Source: Phycisphaerae bacterium (GTDB lineage: Bacteria > Planctomycetota > Phycisphaerae > UBA1845). From it: a DNA stretch of 64,000 nucleotides. Position numbers and translations under genes: made by a program. The notes under the pieces were generated by a model that saw only the letters and a list, made by a program, of their open reading frames with translations, had not been told where the DNA came from and made no database searches. Below are positions 26,558 through 36,673 of the stretch, in pieces; position 1 is the first letter of the stretch, and the number at the start of each line of letters is the position of its first letter. The stretch covers positions 1,495-65,494 of the forward strand of contig JAJDDZ010000192.1 in NCBI GenBank assembly GCA_029260025.1. Direction: 5' to 3'.

Positions 26558-27658
26558 ATGAGCGATCGACACGACACAGACAGACAGTTTTCTCAGAACC
26601 TAGAGGCGATCGGGCAAAAAGCCCAAGCACCTGCGGGAGTCTCGCCAGAGATGAAATCGCGCTGCATGGAAACCCTTGCGAGCCGAGCCTCGTCACGCTC
26701 AACGCGCATGCCGATGCTCCGCCGTGCCCGAATTTTCTCGACGGTTGGGTTGGCGGCTGCGATTGTAATGGCGGTGACCTTACTACCTTGGAGCACAGGC
26801 ACAACGGTCGAGGCTGCCGTCGTGTTGCAGAGGCTGACAGCCCAGGTTGCGGGCGACGATCTTCTCGATGTGGTGCTCGACTCGGTCGGCGCCGAAGGCG
26901 CCAGCGTTGACGGTCGCGTACAGGTCGGTAAAAACGCTGTCGCGGGTGATCTCAAGGTCAGCGTTGGCCAACAAGTTGGCATGCCAGATATCGAGGTCGA
27001 TATCTCGCTTGGAATTTCAGATGCTGGCGGCTGGGTCTTAATCCGCGAATTGAAGATCCCCGACCCTGAAATCCAAATGATGATCAATATGTTTTTCCCG
27101 TCAGGTTCTGAGACACTCTTGATTCTTCCCGACGAAATCGTAGAGGAGTTCGCAAAAGGCAAGCTCGACAAGGAACTCGAAGAAGCTCGCGGTTTGGTTT
27201 CGGGCGAACTGGCCAAGTTTCTCAAGGAAGTCCTCAATACAGACAAAGAAACCGGCGTGGAAATCGAGACGCAACGAGATGGTACCGTGCTAATGACGCT
27301 GCGAGTCCAAGACGCCGGGTCACTCAAGAGTCTCTTGGAAATCGCGCGCGATTCATTTCCTGACCAGTTCGACAGCGAGAAAATCGAAATCGATGATTCG
27401 GATGTGGAAGAATTAGTCGGTGGAACCCTCAGCGTCATCTACGACCCGACCACCGAGACAGTAAGGTCGTTCTCCGTCTCCGATATCGGCGAGATGACCG
27501 GAGCCGTGACGATCTCGTTCCGCAGCGGCGACATCGACCCAGCCCTACTCGACTCCAGCAGGGTGGCAGGTCCCAATACGCGAGAGTTGGACATCGGAGC
27601 CCTCAAATCCATGTTCGAGGGCCTCAGTCACGACGGCAAAGGAAAAGACAACGAATAA
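26558..27658 (+). CDS. putative membrane-anchored anti-sigma factor / hypothetical protein
   Basis: Begins 10 nt after the ECF sigma gene. It has a cytoplasmic N-terminal region, a single TM (IFSTVGLAAAIVMAVTLLPW) and a large acidic extracytoplasmic domain. Confidence 0.5.
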   Translation: MSDRHDTDRQFSQNLEAIGQKAQAPAGVSPEMKSRCMETLASRASSRSTRMPMLRRARIFSTVGLAAAIVMAVTLLPWSTGTTVEAAVVLQRLTAQVAGDDLLDVVLDSVGAEGASVDGRVQVGKNAVAGDLKVSVGQQVGMPDIEVDISLGISDAGGWVLIRELKIPDPEIQMMINMFFPSGSETLLILPDEIVEEFAKGKLDKELEEARGLVSGELAKFLKEVLNTDKETGVEIETQRDGTVLMTLRVQDAGSLKSLLEIARDSFPDQFDSEKIEIDDSDVEELVGGTLSVIYDPTTETVRSFSVSDIGEMTGAVTISFRSGDIDPALLDSSRVAGPNTRELDIGALKSMFEGLSHDGKGKDNE

Positions 27659-28011
27659 GGATTCGTCACCGGCGGCGATACGGATCTCCCGTGCGCTGGG
27701 ATACGTGGGGACCGCCGAAAACATGTCCCCATCGCCGCCATCGCAGTAGGCAGGGCGATACAAGACCCCGGACTGTGGAAGGTCAGCCAACCTCCCAGGG
27801 TCCGGGGGTCTTCCATTGGAGGGATGGGTGGTCTGACTCATGTTGATCACGCCGCGTCCGTCCGGTCTCACCGGGGATTCAGAAATGATGATTCATGTCT
27901 GATCAGGTGGGTCGGTTTGCCTGTTTCTCACGAACCGGGGTACAATGCGAGGGTTCCTCGACGGAGGAGGCCACGGGAGGATCCGGTAAGTTTGAACGGA
28001 GTCTGCGAGTG

Positions 28012-28986
28012 ATGAAAAAATCGATTTTGGCGATCGTTTGCCTGTCTGGTTGGACAGCAGCCCTCGGGGACCAGCCTCGCGCCCGCACGCTTGAGTACAA
28101 CCCTGCTGGGAAGACCTGGGCAGAGGAGAGTCCGCCGATGGCGGGAACGCCTGACGGCGATTTGTATCTGGCGAACTCGCACGTTCGCCGAGGTGAGTAT
28201 CGCAAGGCGATCGCCGGGGCGGCGTCATTTTTGAAAAAGTACGGCGACGCACACGCGCTGTATCCCGAAAGCGTTCTTGTCAGGGCTGCCGCTCTTGTCG
28301 GAATGAAGAACTACAATGAGGCGGACAAGGTTGTGCAGGCGTTCCTGTCTCAGTTCTCCGGTGGCGCGCTGACTCGTGAAGCGCTACGACTGCAGTTCGT
28401 CATCGCAGAGAATTTCCTTCGCGGCGCGAAGGTACGCAAGTGGTTAATTTTTTGGGTTCGCGGCGAAGATCGCGGACTGGCGATGCTAGATGATATATGG
28501 ACGGGTTTCCCGGATCAACGCGTAGCAGAGCTGGCGATCAAGACGAAGGCTGATTATCTGTTCCAGACAGGGGATCACGCGCTTGCGGAATTGGAGTACG
28601 CGAGGTTGCTACGCGACTATCCGCAGAGCAGGTACCATCAGTTTTCGTTAGCTAGGACAGCCGAGGCGGCGCTGGCCAGCTTCGGCGGCGTCGATTACGA
28701 CGAAGCCGCGTTGATTGAATCCGAAGAAAGATACCACGACTATCGCACCGCGTATCGTGGTCCCGCGGAGCGCGAGGGCGTCGATCTGATCTTGGAGTCG
28801 ATTCGCGAAATGCGGGCGGAGAAAGAACTAAGGATCGGCGAGTATTACGAACGCACCGATCATGCCGATTCGGCGATTTTCTATTATCGCGGCGTGCGTC
28901 AATACTTCCCAAGCACGCTCGCATCCGCCAAGGCAGCCGAGAGACTATCGCTTATGGGTGCCCCGATCGAGCCGGAGGGAAACTAG
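28012..28986 (+). CDS. BamD/YfiO-like TPR outer-membrane assembly lipoprotein-like protein
   Basis: Start set to ATG 28012 (MKKSILAIVCLSGWTAALG signal). TPR-like repeats are present, and the C-terminal pattern ...EYYERTDHADSAIFYYRGVRQYFPSTLASAKAAERL is typical of BamD-like proteins. Confidence 0.55.
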   Translation: MKKSILAIVCLSGWTAALGDQPRARTLEYNPAGKTWAEESPPMAGTPDGDLYLANSHVRRGEYRKAIAGAASFLKKYGDAHALYPESVLVRAAALVGMKNYNEADKVVQAFLSQFSGGALTREALRLQFVIAENFLRGAKVRKWLIFWVRGEDRGLAMLDDIWTGFPDQRVAELAIKTKADYLFQTGDHALAELEYARLLRDYPQSRYHQFSLARTAEAALASFGGVDYDEAALIESEERYHDYRTAYRGPAEREGVDLILESIREMRAEKELRIGEYYERTDHADSAIFYYRGVRQYFPSTLASAKAAERLSLMGAPIEPEGN

Positions 28987-29535
28987 ATGTTGATTTCTGA
29001 CCGTTTTGAGATTCGGATTCCTTCGCAAGCAAGTAGCCTGTTCGCCGGGATGCGGATGCTGCTTATCGGATGTCTGGCAATCTTATTCACGGGGTGTAGT
29101 TATTCCCGTGAACGCCCGTTTCGGACCGATATTCGCACGATTCACGTAGAAATGTTTCAGTCTAAGGACTTTCGACGCGAGTTGGAGTTCCGCCTGACCG
29201 AATCGATAGTGAAGCGCATCGAGATGGATACCCCCTATCGGATCTCGCCGAAGAAGGGTGCCGATACCCTACTAGCGGGGGAAATCTTGCGCGTCGAGAA
29301 TCGAACGCTGGGCGATGACTTTGACACGGACCTTCCACGTGAGATTGGATCGACGGTCGTGGTTCGATACACGCTGACCGACATGCGAACGGGTGAGATT
29401 CTGGTCGAAAGGCCACGGTTTGTGTATCAAACGAGTTTCATCCCGCCAGTGGGTGAGACGTTTACGCATGGTATGACGCGATCCATGGACGGATTGGCAG
29501 AAGTCATCGTCGAATCGATGGAAACAAGCTGGTAG
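28987..29535 (+). CDS. LptE-like lipoprotein (alternative start ATG 29050)
   Basis: The ATG abuts the upstream stop. MRMLLIGCLAILFTGCSY is a lipobox. The body (IRTIHVEMFQSKDF..., ADTLLAGEILRVE..., VVVRYTLTDMRTGEIL) resembles LptE-type lipoproteins. Confidence 0.45.
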   Translation: MLISDRFEIRIPSQASSLFAGMRMLLIGCLAILFTGCSYSRERPFRTDIRTIHVEMFQSKDFRRELEFRLTESIVKRIEMDTPYRISPKKGADTLLAGEILRVENRTLGDDFDTDLPREIGSTVVVRYTLTDMRTGEILVERPRFVYQTSFIPPVGETFTHGMTRSMDGLAEVIVESMETSW

Positions 29536-29673
29536 TAGCACTATCATTCCAAGTGAGGGTGAAGCGGGGCTTGGTTGAGGTGAGTGGGTCGAGGTTGAGT
29601 AGGGTGTGGCGTCGTCAGTTTTCGGCGGATGCGCGGACAACGAAGTTTACAACATGCGGAGTGAAAAGCGCTG

Positions 29674-31719
29674 ATGAGTGACGACAACGGAAACGGCAAC
29701 GCAAACCCACCGCCCGAGAAGAAGGATCCAAACAGCCCCAACGGTCCTGGCGTGAAGATGTCAAGGAACATGATCAGCTGGATCGTGCTGATGGGTCTGG
29801 CGCTTCTGCTGGTCGCGCTCCTTCAGAGCACGATGCTGACCCCACAAGACGTCTCGATTAGCGAGTTCGACGCGCTCGTTCGAAATGACAATGTTAAAGA
29901 AATCGTCCTGAAAGAGGACGAGTACATTGAAGGTACAAAGCGTCACCTGACCGAGGGCGAACCCGCGGGCACGCCGCTTGAGTTCCGCGTCGCATATCCT
30001 CGCCAGGGGATTGACGGCGCGTTCCTCGAAAAAATGATCGTCGCGGTCCGAGAGGGCGGCGGTGACGTTAAGTACGAAAAACAGAATCAGTTCGTGATTT
30101 TGTTGGTCAGCATGTTGCCTTGGCTTTTGATCTTCGGTTTTATTTGGTTCTTCATCTTCCGCCAGCTTCGCGGATCAAACGGACCCGGTGGAATGCTGGG
30201 GAACTTCGGTCGCTCCAAGCATCGCATGATGCACAAGGAACACACCAACATCACTTTTGCGGATGTAGCTGGGATCGAGGAAGCGAAGGAAGAGGTCGAA
30301 GAAATCGTCGAATTCCTCAAATCGCCCAAAAAATTCCAAAGACTCGGCGGGCGCATTCCACGTGGCGTCTTGCTAGTCGGTTCGCCCGGTTGCGGAAAGA
30401 CGCTGCTCGCTAAGGCGATCGCCGGGGAGGCCGACGTTCCGTTTTTCTCGATCAGCGGTTCGGATTTCGTTGAGATGTTTGTCGGTGTGGGTGCCTCGCG
30501 CGTTCGCGATCTGTTCAAACAAGCCAAGGAAAACTCGCCTTGCATAATCTTCCTCGACGAGATCGACGCGGTCGGTCGCAAGCGCGGCGGGAACTTTGGC
30601 GGTGGCGGTCACGACGAGCGCGAGCAAACGCTCAACGCGATCCTGGTTGAAATGGACGGTTTTGAGACGAACTCCCAGGTCATTGTAATCGCCGCGACAA
30701 ACCGCGCAGATGTACTAGACCCAGCCCTCGTTCGCCCCGGGCGATTCGATCGGCAGGTTTTCGTTTCGCTTCCCGATTTGCATGGTCGCTTCGAGATCCT
30801 CAAAGTCCACATGAGAAAGGTCAAGCTTGGTCCAAATGTCGACGTTCGTCGCGTCGCACGCGGTACGCCGATGTTTAGCGGTGCTGAACTCGCTGCCTTG
30901 GTCAACGAAGCAGCCCTGGTTGCGACGCTACACAGCAAGGAATTCGTCGAGCAAGACGACCTCGAAGAAGCTCGCGACAAGATTCGCTGGGGTCGCGCCA
31001 AGAAACGCGCGTCCGTCGATGAGCAAGACCGCAAGCTCACCGCTTATCATGAAGCAGGCCACGCCGTCATTCAAGCGCTAGAAACTGAAGCAGACCCAGT
31101 GCACAAGGTCAGCATTATCCCTCGCGGACCCGCAGGCGGCGCAACGTTCTCACTGCCAGAACGCGACCGCATGGTCTATACCAAAAACTACCTTCTCGCG
31201 ACGATGCGGGTCATGTTCGGCGGACGCATCGCCGAAGAGGTCTTCTTCAATGAAATCAGCAGCGGCGCAGCCTCAGACATCAAGCAGGCGACCGACATCG
31301 CAAAGCGTATGGTGCGCGAGTGGGGAATGGCTGAGGCAACCGGATTTATCTTCTTCGGTGACGAAGAAAACCAAGGGATGATCGATATGGGCGGTCGGGA
31401 GTATTCCGACAAGACCGCCGAGGTCATCGATAGCGAGATGAAAAGACTCGTCGATACTGCCTATGCGGAGGCGACACGGATCATCACAGAAAACCGTCAT
31501 CACATCGAGGGCGTCGCAAAGGCGCTCCTCCAGTACGAAACGATCAGCGGGGAAGAGGTCAATGCGGTCATTCGCGGGGAGTCGTTAGACCGCGCAAGCG
31601 TCAACGATCTCCTCGATGTCGTCGATGGTGAAAAGAAACCCCCGGTCGCCCGACCCGTCGAGAAGAAGGAAGATACCAAGACAGACCTAGGTTCAGGACC
31701 GCTCCCGCAACCGGGATAA
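29674..31719 (+). CDS. ftsH: ATP-dependent zinc metalloprotease FtsH
   Basis: Two N-terminal TMs, AAA+ Walker [19 protein letters not shown], Walker [33 protein letters not shown], and the HEAGH zinc site. Confidence 0.97.
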   Translation: MSDDNGNGNANPPPEKKDPNSPNGPGVKMSRNMISWIVLMGLALLLVALLQSTMLTPQDVSISEFDALVRNDNVKEIVLKEDEYIEGTKRHLTEGEPAGTPLEFRVAYPRQGIDGAFLEKMIVAVREGGGDVKYEKQNQFVILLVSMLPWLLIFGFIWFFIFRQLRGSNGPGGMLGNFGRSKHRMMHKEHTNITFADVAGIEEAKEEVEEIVEFLKSPKKFQRLGGRIPRGVLLVGSPGCGKTLLAKAIAGEADVPFFSISGSDFVEMFVGVGASRVRDLFKQAKENSPCIIFLDEIDAVGRKRGGNFGGGGHDEREQTLNAILVEMDGFETNSQVIVIAATNRADVLDPALVRPGRFDRQVFVSLPDLHGRFEILKVHMRKVKLGPNVDVRRVARGTPMFSGAELAALVNEAALVATLHSKEFVEQDDLEEARDKIRWGRAKKRASVDEQDRKLTAYHEAGHAVIQALETEADPVHKVSIIPRGPAGGATFSLPERDRMVYTKNYLLATMRVMFGGRIAEEVFFNEISSGAASDIKQATDIAKRMVREWGMAEATGFIFFGDEENQGMIDMGGREYSDKTAEVIDSEMKRLVDTAYAEATRIITENRHHIEGVAKALLQYETISGEEVNAVIRGESLDRASVNDLLDVVDGEKKPPVARPVEKKEDTKTDLGSGPLPQPG

Positions 31720-31729
31720 CGAAGAACCG

Positions 31730-31754
31730 CGCCGGTTTCAGTTGCAAACCGGCG
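31730..31754. terminator. hairpin between convergent ftsH and the small lipoprotein gene
   Basis: cgccggttt / aaaccggcg form a 9-bp stem with the 7-nt loop cagttgc. There is no clear U-tract. Confidence 0.35.
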
Positions 31755-31783
31755 AGGTTAGACGCCTGAGGTTGATCGAAAAG

Positions 31784-32017
31784 CTAATCTTCTGTAGTCT
31801 CAACGTCGACAACGGTCTCCTTGTCCGCGGGGTGAACCGTCCCATCATGGAGGTCAACGACGTACGTCGCTCCTTCGATTTCAACGTAGTGAACATCTTC
31901 GTTTGAATGTCTCGCGTGTCGCCCGGTACCAATCGCGATCACGCATCCCGTCGCACATATCGCCACAGCCACCGCTAGGGTCGAAATAGTCAGTTTCCGC
32001 ATTGCAAGAGTCTCCAA
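31784..32017 (-). CDS. small lipoprotein, hypothetical
   Basis: (METLA)MRKLTISTLAVAVAICATGC has a lipobox, followed by a 50-aa acidic mature part. Confidence 0.5.
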   Translation of the reverse strand: METLAMRKLTISTLAVAVAICATGCVIAIGTGRHARHSNEDVHYVEIEGATYVVDLHDGTVHPADKETVVDVETTED

Positions 32018-32188
32018 AATATGTCGTCTAGGTTTTTCGGCTCAGGATCGTTCAATCGCCGCGCCGGCGAGACTCCTGCCCCATATTCATTCCATCGGAC
32101 ACGAAAAGCCACCAGTCGTTAGAGATTCCGATGCATTTTTTCTCACAAAAGTAAGACGGGCCTTCCGTCAGCCTCTAGAATCTCAACC

Positions 32189-33010
32189 ATGCCCGCATTG
32201 TTCCAAGAGGATGTAGCCACCCCCGGCGACGTTCGCCAAAAAGACCGCTCTCGCGTCGGCAAGATTTTCCGATCGTTCGCGGACGTTCTATTTCCGCCTC
32301 GTTGTCTCGCCTGCGCTCATCCTTTGGCGATTTCGGGGAGTTTGCTTTGCGATCCGTGCGACGCAGCGATCGACTTGTTGACCCAACATCTCGCCTGCCC
32401 AACATGTGCAGCCAACGTCGCCGAGTATGCGGTTTCCGAGGGTTGCTGTCGCCAATGTCGAAGTGGCCCGCATTCCGTTAGCGGCACCGTTCGGACCGCC
32501 CCGTATCGATCGGTCGTTGGCGATCTTCTGAGGCGATATAAATACGACGCTCGTGAAGACCTTGAACCTCTGCTCGCGGGCATGCTGTCCAGCATGATCG
32601 ACGCAGCCCCTTGGCGCGATCAGATCGAAGCGGTGGTTTCCGTACCGACGCATTGGCGCCGACGCTTATCACGCCGTCTTCACGCAGCCGAGACACTCGC
32701 GGCAGCCGTCGCGACCCGACTGGAGCTTCCGGTTGTTAACGCGCTTCGCCGCGTTCGAAGCGGTCCACATCAGGTCGGACTATCCTATACAAAAAGAGCG
32801 GAGAATGTTCGCGGCGCCTTTGCGAGTACTCGCGACGTGACGTTACATGCTCCAACGATCCTCTTGGTCGATGATGTTCGCACATCCGGCGCGACCTTGA
32901 CCGAGTGCGCGCGAATTCTTCGCAAGGCGGGAGCAAAAAGAGTTTACGCAGCCGTCGTAGCTCGGGCGGGGTTCGAACAAAAAAGAGACGTCAAGCATCT
33001 TCCGGTCTAG
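32189..33010 (+). CDS. comF: ComF family protein (phosphoribosyltransferase-like)
   Basis: N-terminal Cys-rich zinc motif (LFPPRCLACAHPL...CDPC...CPTC) and C-terminal PRTase motif ILLVDDVRTSGATLTECARIL. Confidence 0.8.
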   Translation: MPALFQEDVATPGDVRQKDRSRVGKIFRSFADVLFPPRCLACAHPLAISGSLLCDPCDAAIDLLTQHLACPTCAANVAEYAVSEGCCRQCRSGPHSVSGTVRTAPYRSVVGDLLRRYKYDAREDLEPLLAGMLSSMIDAAPWRDQIEAVVSVPTHWRRRLSRRLHAAETLAAAVATRLELPVVNALRRVRSGPHQVGLSYTKRAENVRGAFASTRDVTLHAPTILLVDDVRTSGATLTECARILRKAGAKRVYAAVVARAGFEQKRDVKHLPV

Positions 33011-34502
33011 GTACAGTCGAGGCAAAGCCCATGTGTGGGCTTAGTGAAGTCGCAGGCAGTTCGCCATATAAAACGTAGCACGCCTGCTCGTACCAGCTCT
33101 GTCCCCAATGATTTCGTCCGTGAATCAAGAGCCCAGCCTCCGCAACTGCCGCAATAGGAGCCGCCCGACGAAGAAACGGAAGAACCGCGTCCGGGTCGTT
33201 ATGAACGAACTCGATCGCCGTGTGCTCTTGATCTTTCGCCAATGGGTCGAAACGCTCGAGGACCTCTGCCTTCGTCGCCCCGATCGTCACGTCGAAAAGA
33301 AGCTCAGGTTGAAGGATCGATTGGTCCCGGACTACGCCGATCACGACGATCTTCGAGATTTCGCGGTCGGATACCGTCAATTCCTCGTGCAATTCGCGGA
33401 TCGCCGCCCCGAAAAGATCGTAGCTTCCCTGGTCGTCTCGGTCCGATTGATCGACGAGTCCACCAAACATGTGCAGAAACCCACCGTGATAGGCTACAGA
33501 ATCATTCCGACGCCCAAGCGCGATAAATCCGTCGGCCGTTACAACGATCGAACTGATCCCCAACGCGTCCGCCAGGTAACCGAGGTCATCTTTGGCGACC
33601 TGCTGGGCGTTGAACAGGTTCGTTCCCAGAAAGTCACGAAAACAGGTCGGACCAAGTTCGAAGTGGAGTTTGGTCTTGGTGCAAGTGATGCGCGACGCAC
33701 GGACAAGATCGTCGTTGAATAGCACAACCGTAGTTTGCTCAGCGAGCGCCTTCTGCGTCTCCCAAGTTTCGCGAATGATGCGCTCCACAGCCGGGCTAGT
33801 CGGGCGGTTCAAACCATGCCACGCTTGCGTAATCTCGCTCGCGTCGAAATTCTGCATGGCGTCTATTGAGAAGGAAGCGGATGTAGGCACGCCCGATGGC
33901 CCGCGGGTTTCAGTTTGTTTTCGCGAAGGCGATGCTTTCCTTGCCGCGTGTCGATAAGAAACCGCACGAAGGGCGAGCAGCGACAACCCGGGCAGCGCAT
34001 AGACCAGCGCCGTGATCCCGAATTCGAAAATGCCGTTCACTTGAACCCCGCGTACAACTCTCTCAGTCGGCGCAGCATCCCAGACCTGGATCGCCCCGAT
34101 ACCCGCCCCCGCCAGAGACAACCCTCCGCACACAAGCAGCAAGTCAGCACAAAGAGATCGGCGAAGAGGAAACCGCCTCCCGTAAAACAGGACGCTCGCC
34201 CCAAGAACAAAGTGTCCCAACGCCCCGGTTCCAACGCCTAACACCGCGGCGGCGTCGAAAAGCGTCAGGTCGCGCGAGCGCAAAATGAGCGCGACAAGCG
34301 CAGCAATCGTGAGTCCGCCAACGAGCAGGGCGGTCAGTCCGGCGCTGATTCGCCGCGCCGTAGGATTCGAGCGAGCGTCTTCGATCAAGACATCCACGTC
34401 GATTTCCCAACCACACCAAGGGCATCGCTCGCTCGTGAGCGCATGAAGATTGTAGTCGCACTCGGGACAAAGTATCTCGACTGGATCGCCGTCGTCGCTC
34501 AC
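32991..34502 (-). CDS. zinc-ribbon / multi-TM / Nudix-domain protein
   Basis: I moved the start to GTG 34502, which overlaps the upstream stop (GTGA). The N-terminus has CPECDYNLHALTSERCPWCGWEI, followed by about 5 hydrophobic segments. The C-terminal domain carries a Nudix-box-like segment GGLVDQSDRDDQGSYDLFGAAIRELHEELTV. Confidence 0.6.
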   Translation of the reverse strand: MSDDGDPVEILCPECDYNLHALTSERCPWCGWEIDVDVLIEDARSNPTARRISAGLTALLVGGLTIAALVALILRSRDLTLFDAAAVLGVGTGALGHFVLGASVLFYGRRFPLRRSLCADLLLVCGGLSLAGAGIGAIQVWDAAPTERVVRGVQVNGIFEFGITALVYALPGLSLLALRAVSYRHAARKASPSRKQTETRGPSGVPTSASFSIDAMQNFDASEITQAWHGLNRPTSPAVERIIRETWETQKALAEQTTVVLFNDDLVRASRITCTKTKLHFELGPTCFRDFLGTNLFNAQQVAKDDLGYLADALGISSIVVTADGFIALGRRNDSVAYHGGFLHMFGGLVDQSDRDDQGSYDLFGAAIRELHEELTVSDREISKIVVIGVVRDQSILQPELLFDVTIGATKAEVLERFDPLAKDQEHTAIEFVHNDPDAVLPFLRRAAPIAAVAEAGLLIHGRNHWGQSWYEQACYVLYGELPATSLSPHMGFASTVPRPEDA

Positions 34503-34738
34503 AGGATCGCCACGATCAACATCGAAAGTACCATCAACCCGATGACCACCAGGAAAACCCATCGCCTCGCCGAGCTACCAGGATACACCGGCGTGATCCA
34601 GTCACCGCAGTGCGGGCATTGCTGCGAATCCTCATGGACGTCGCCCCGACACGACGGGCAGACCAGCAGTTGAGCGTCGAGCTCGTCAGCCCCGTCGTCC
34701 TCAACCCACTCGTCGTCCGGTTCGTCGAAATAGCTCAT
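34499..34738 (-). CDS. small zinc-ribbon membrane protein
   Basis: 79 aa. It has an acidic N-terminus, CPSCRGDVHEDSQQCPHCGDWI, and a single C-terminal TM RRWVFLVVIGLMVLSMLIVAIL. It is paralogous to the N-terminus of the downstream gene. Confidence 0.55.
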   Translation of the reverse strand: MSYFDEPDDEWVEDDGADELDAQLLVCPSCRGDVHEDSQQCPHCGDWITPVYPGSSARRWVFLVVIGLMVLSMLIVAIL

Positions 34739-34820
34739 AGATGGATCATCGCTCCATGACTCTGTCGAGCGTCGCCAGCGCGCGAAACTCGTCCTCGGCC
34801 CACAAGTTCCGTGTCGACGC

Positions 34821-35894
34821 TTACGCTCGCGCTTCCAGGACCATGTTCGTCGGAGTCTCAGCCACTCGTCGCACCTTCGAAAACCCAGCTTCGTTCAGCA
34901 CTTCTGTCAGTCGTTTCTGACCAGCTTGAGCGCCGAGCGCCAAACCAACAGGCTGAGCTTTCGACGCCGGTGCACAGACCATTGTCGAAAACGAATAGTA
35001 GATTTGTCCCAAAGGGTGCATGTTCTCTTCGACGCTATCACCCGCGATCGGTTCGACAATCATGAACGTTCCTTCGTCAGAGAGGCAGCTGAGAATATGC
35101 CCCGAAGCTCCGACCGGATCCCCCATGTCGTGGAGCGCATCGAAGATCGTGACCAAGTCGTATCCACCGCCCGGAAACGCTGCAGCATTCTTCACTTCAA
35201 AAATAGTATTAGCCGCCACCCCCGCATCTCTGGCTCTTGCCTTCGCCTGATCGATCGACGGCGCATGAAAGTCAAATCCGTGAAACGTAGAGTTCGGAAA
35301 CGCCTTCGCCATGATGATCGTCGATGACCCATGACCGCAACCGATGTCGGCCACCTTGGCACCCGCTTCAAGTTTCTCACGAACACCCGAAAGAGCCGGG
35401 ATCCAAGTGTCGACTAGGTTCGCAGCGTACAGCGGGCGGAAGAAACGCTCCGTCCCGCAAAACAGACAACCATTGTGATCCGACCAGGGAAGTCCAGCGC
35501 CGCTACGGAACACTTCCGTCACTTTCGATTCGTCGAGATAGGAAGAAACGACCGCCTGGAAAAACCCCTGCATACAGTTGGCGTGACCTTCTTTTGCAAA
35601 GGTCACCGCCTGCTCAGGCGACATCGAGAATCGCTCAGTCTTAGCGTCATAGTTGATGTACCCCCCAGCCGCGTTCGCCGCCAGCCACTCTCTGACATAA
35701 CGTTCGGCGAGTCCCGTCTTCTCTGCGAGCTGTTCACTTGTAGCTGCGTTGATTTCGTCGAGGGCTTTGTACATCCCAAGCTGATCGCCCATGTAGGCCA
35801 TGACAACACCCATAGCGCCAGCCACATCGGTCACGACTTTGCCTTGAAGCTGCTCAAGCTGCTTCCCATCGGTTTTCGGTTCCTGCTCGCTCAT
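34821..35894 (-). CDS. class I SAM-dependent methyltransferase with N-terminal winged-helix-like domain
   Basis: Motif I VADIGCGHGSSTIIMAKAF, post-I FHGFDFH, and DLVTIFDALHDMGDP. Confidence 0.8.
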   Translation of the reverse strand: MSEQEPKTDGKQLEQLQGKVVTDVAGAMGVVMAYMGDQLGMYKALDEINAATSEQLAEKTGLAERYVREWLAANAAGGYINYDAKTERFSMSPEQAVTFAKEGHANCMQGFFQAVVSSYLDESKVTEVFRSGAGLPWSDHNGCLFCGTERFFRPLYAANLVDTWIPALSGVREKLEAGAKVADIGCGHGSSTIIMAKAFPNSTFHGFDFHAPSIDQAKARARDAGVAANTIFEVKNAAAFPGGGYDLVTIFDALHDMGDPVGASGHILSCLSDEGTFMIVEPIAGDSVEENMHPLGQIYYSFSTMVCAPASKAQPVGLALGAQAGQKRLTEVLNEAGFSKVRRVAETPTNMVLEARA

Positions 35895-35958
35895 ACTCGT
35901 TTCCTCTCAGTTGGTATTCGCGGTTATCAGTTATTGGTTGTATTGGAGTCGACTCGAT

Positions 35959-36534
35959 CTAACACGGTGGGAATGGCTTAACGATTGCGAGTAACCCCTT
36001 GAACTTCTCAGAGTCGCACCGGCCGCACAGCTCAAAAAGAACGCTCTCAACCGTTGTCACAAACGCGCCAGCCTGCGTCATGCGGGCGACGGCAGTCTTA
36101 CAGGCGACCTTACCCCGCGACCCGACCGCATCAGCAAGCACGAAGACTTGATAATCGCGAGAGACAAGATCAAGGACGGTCTGTTGCACGCAAACGTGCG
36201 CCTCAATGCCGCAGACCAAGATCTTCTGGCGATCGACGGCAACAATCGCCTCACGCGCAGTCGCGTCACCCCAAACCGAGAACGTCGATTTCTCAATCGT
36301 TGTCGCCTCGCACGCCGCAAGTTTCTCAGCCACCTCGCCAACAGTCGCCCCGATCCCTTTGGGGTATTGTTCCGTTGCGATCACAGGCAGCCCGAACAGC
36401 TTCGCGCCCTCGAGAAGAGTCCGCGTCATCGTGACGACTCGTTTTCCATTGCGGATCAGAGGGAGAAGTTTCTCCTGGATGTCCACAACCAACACCATAA
36501 CTTGATCCGCGTCGAGTTGCTCTGCTCGGTACAT
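35959..36534 (-). CDS. isochorismatase-family cysteine hydrolase
   Basis: VLVVDIQEKLL, PVIATEQYPKG, and ILVCGIEAHVCVQQTVLDL (catalytic Cys motif). The start is taken at ATG 36534 (the track ORF begins at 36564). Confidence 0.8.
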   Translation of the reverse strand: MYRAEQLDADQVMVLVVDIQEKLLPLIRNGKRVVTMTRTLLEGAKLFGLPVIATEQYPKGIGATVGEVAEKLAACEATTIEKSTFSVWGDATAREAIVAVDRQKILVCGIEAHVCVQQTVLDLVSRDYQVFVLADAVGSRGKVACKTAVARMTQAGAFVTTVESVLFELCGRCDSEKFKGLLAIVKPFPPC

Positions 36535-36618
36535 TCGGGAGTCTCTCTGGTTAATCCATAGCAAAAAAACGGCGATAGGCGGACTGTAACGCCGTTTCTA
36601 GGGGCTGTCGAGCACTCT

Positions 36619-36673
36619 TGGGCACATCCTTGCCCATGATGATACGGCTTGCCTACCTAGCGCTTGTTAGGTA
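36619..36673. promoter_or_regulatory. two inverted repeats in the divergent promoter region (candidate TetR operators)
   Basis: TGGGCA-N6-TGCCCA at 36619-36636 and TACCTA-N8-TAGGTA at 36654-36673. Both lie between the isochorismatase gene (-) and the TetR/paa genes (+). Confidence 0.35.

Noticed and set aside
26593-27438. 281-aa minus-strand ORF opposite the putative anti-sigma gene
   Set aside because: The plus-strand ORF is positioned 10 nt after the ECF sigma gene and has a sensible cytoplasmic/TM/periplasmic layout. The antisense translation is a Ser/Thr/Pro-rich low-complexity string. It is kept in mind only because the plus-strand protein is itself uncharacterised.
27659-28011. 353-bp gap and ORFs 27545..27871 (-) and 27824..28012 (+) as possible small genes or tRNA
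   Set aside because: I found no cloverleaf-compatible sequence (no T-loop GTTCRA motif with matching stems). The ORFs lack SD sequences, and one extends antisense into the upstream gene.
29536-29673. G/T-rich tract upstream of ftsH (gagggtgaagcggggcttggttgaggtgagtgggtcgaggttgagtagggtgtgg) as a G-quadruplex or repeat
   Set aside because: Four G3+ runs exist, but the loops are 6, 16 and 13 nt, too long for a confident G4. The ggttgag recurrence is only 2 copies.
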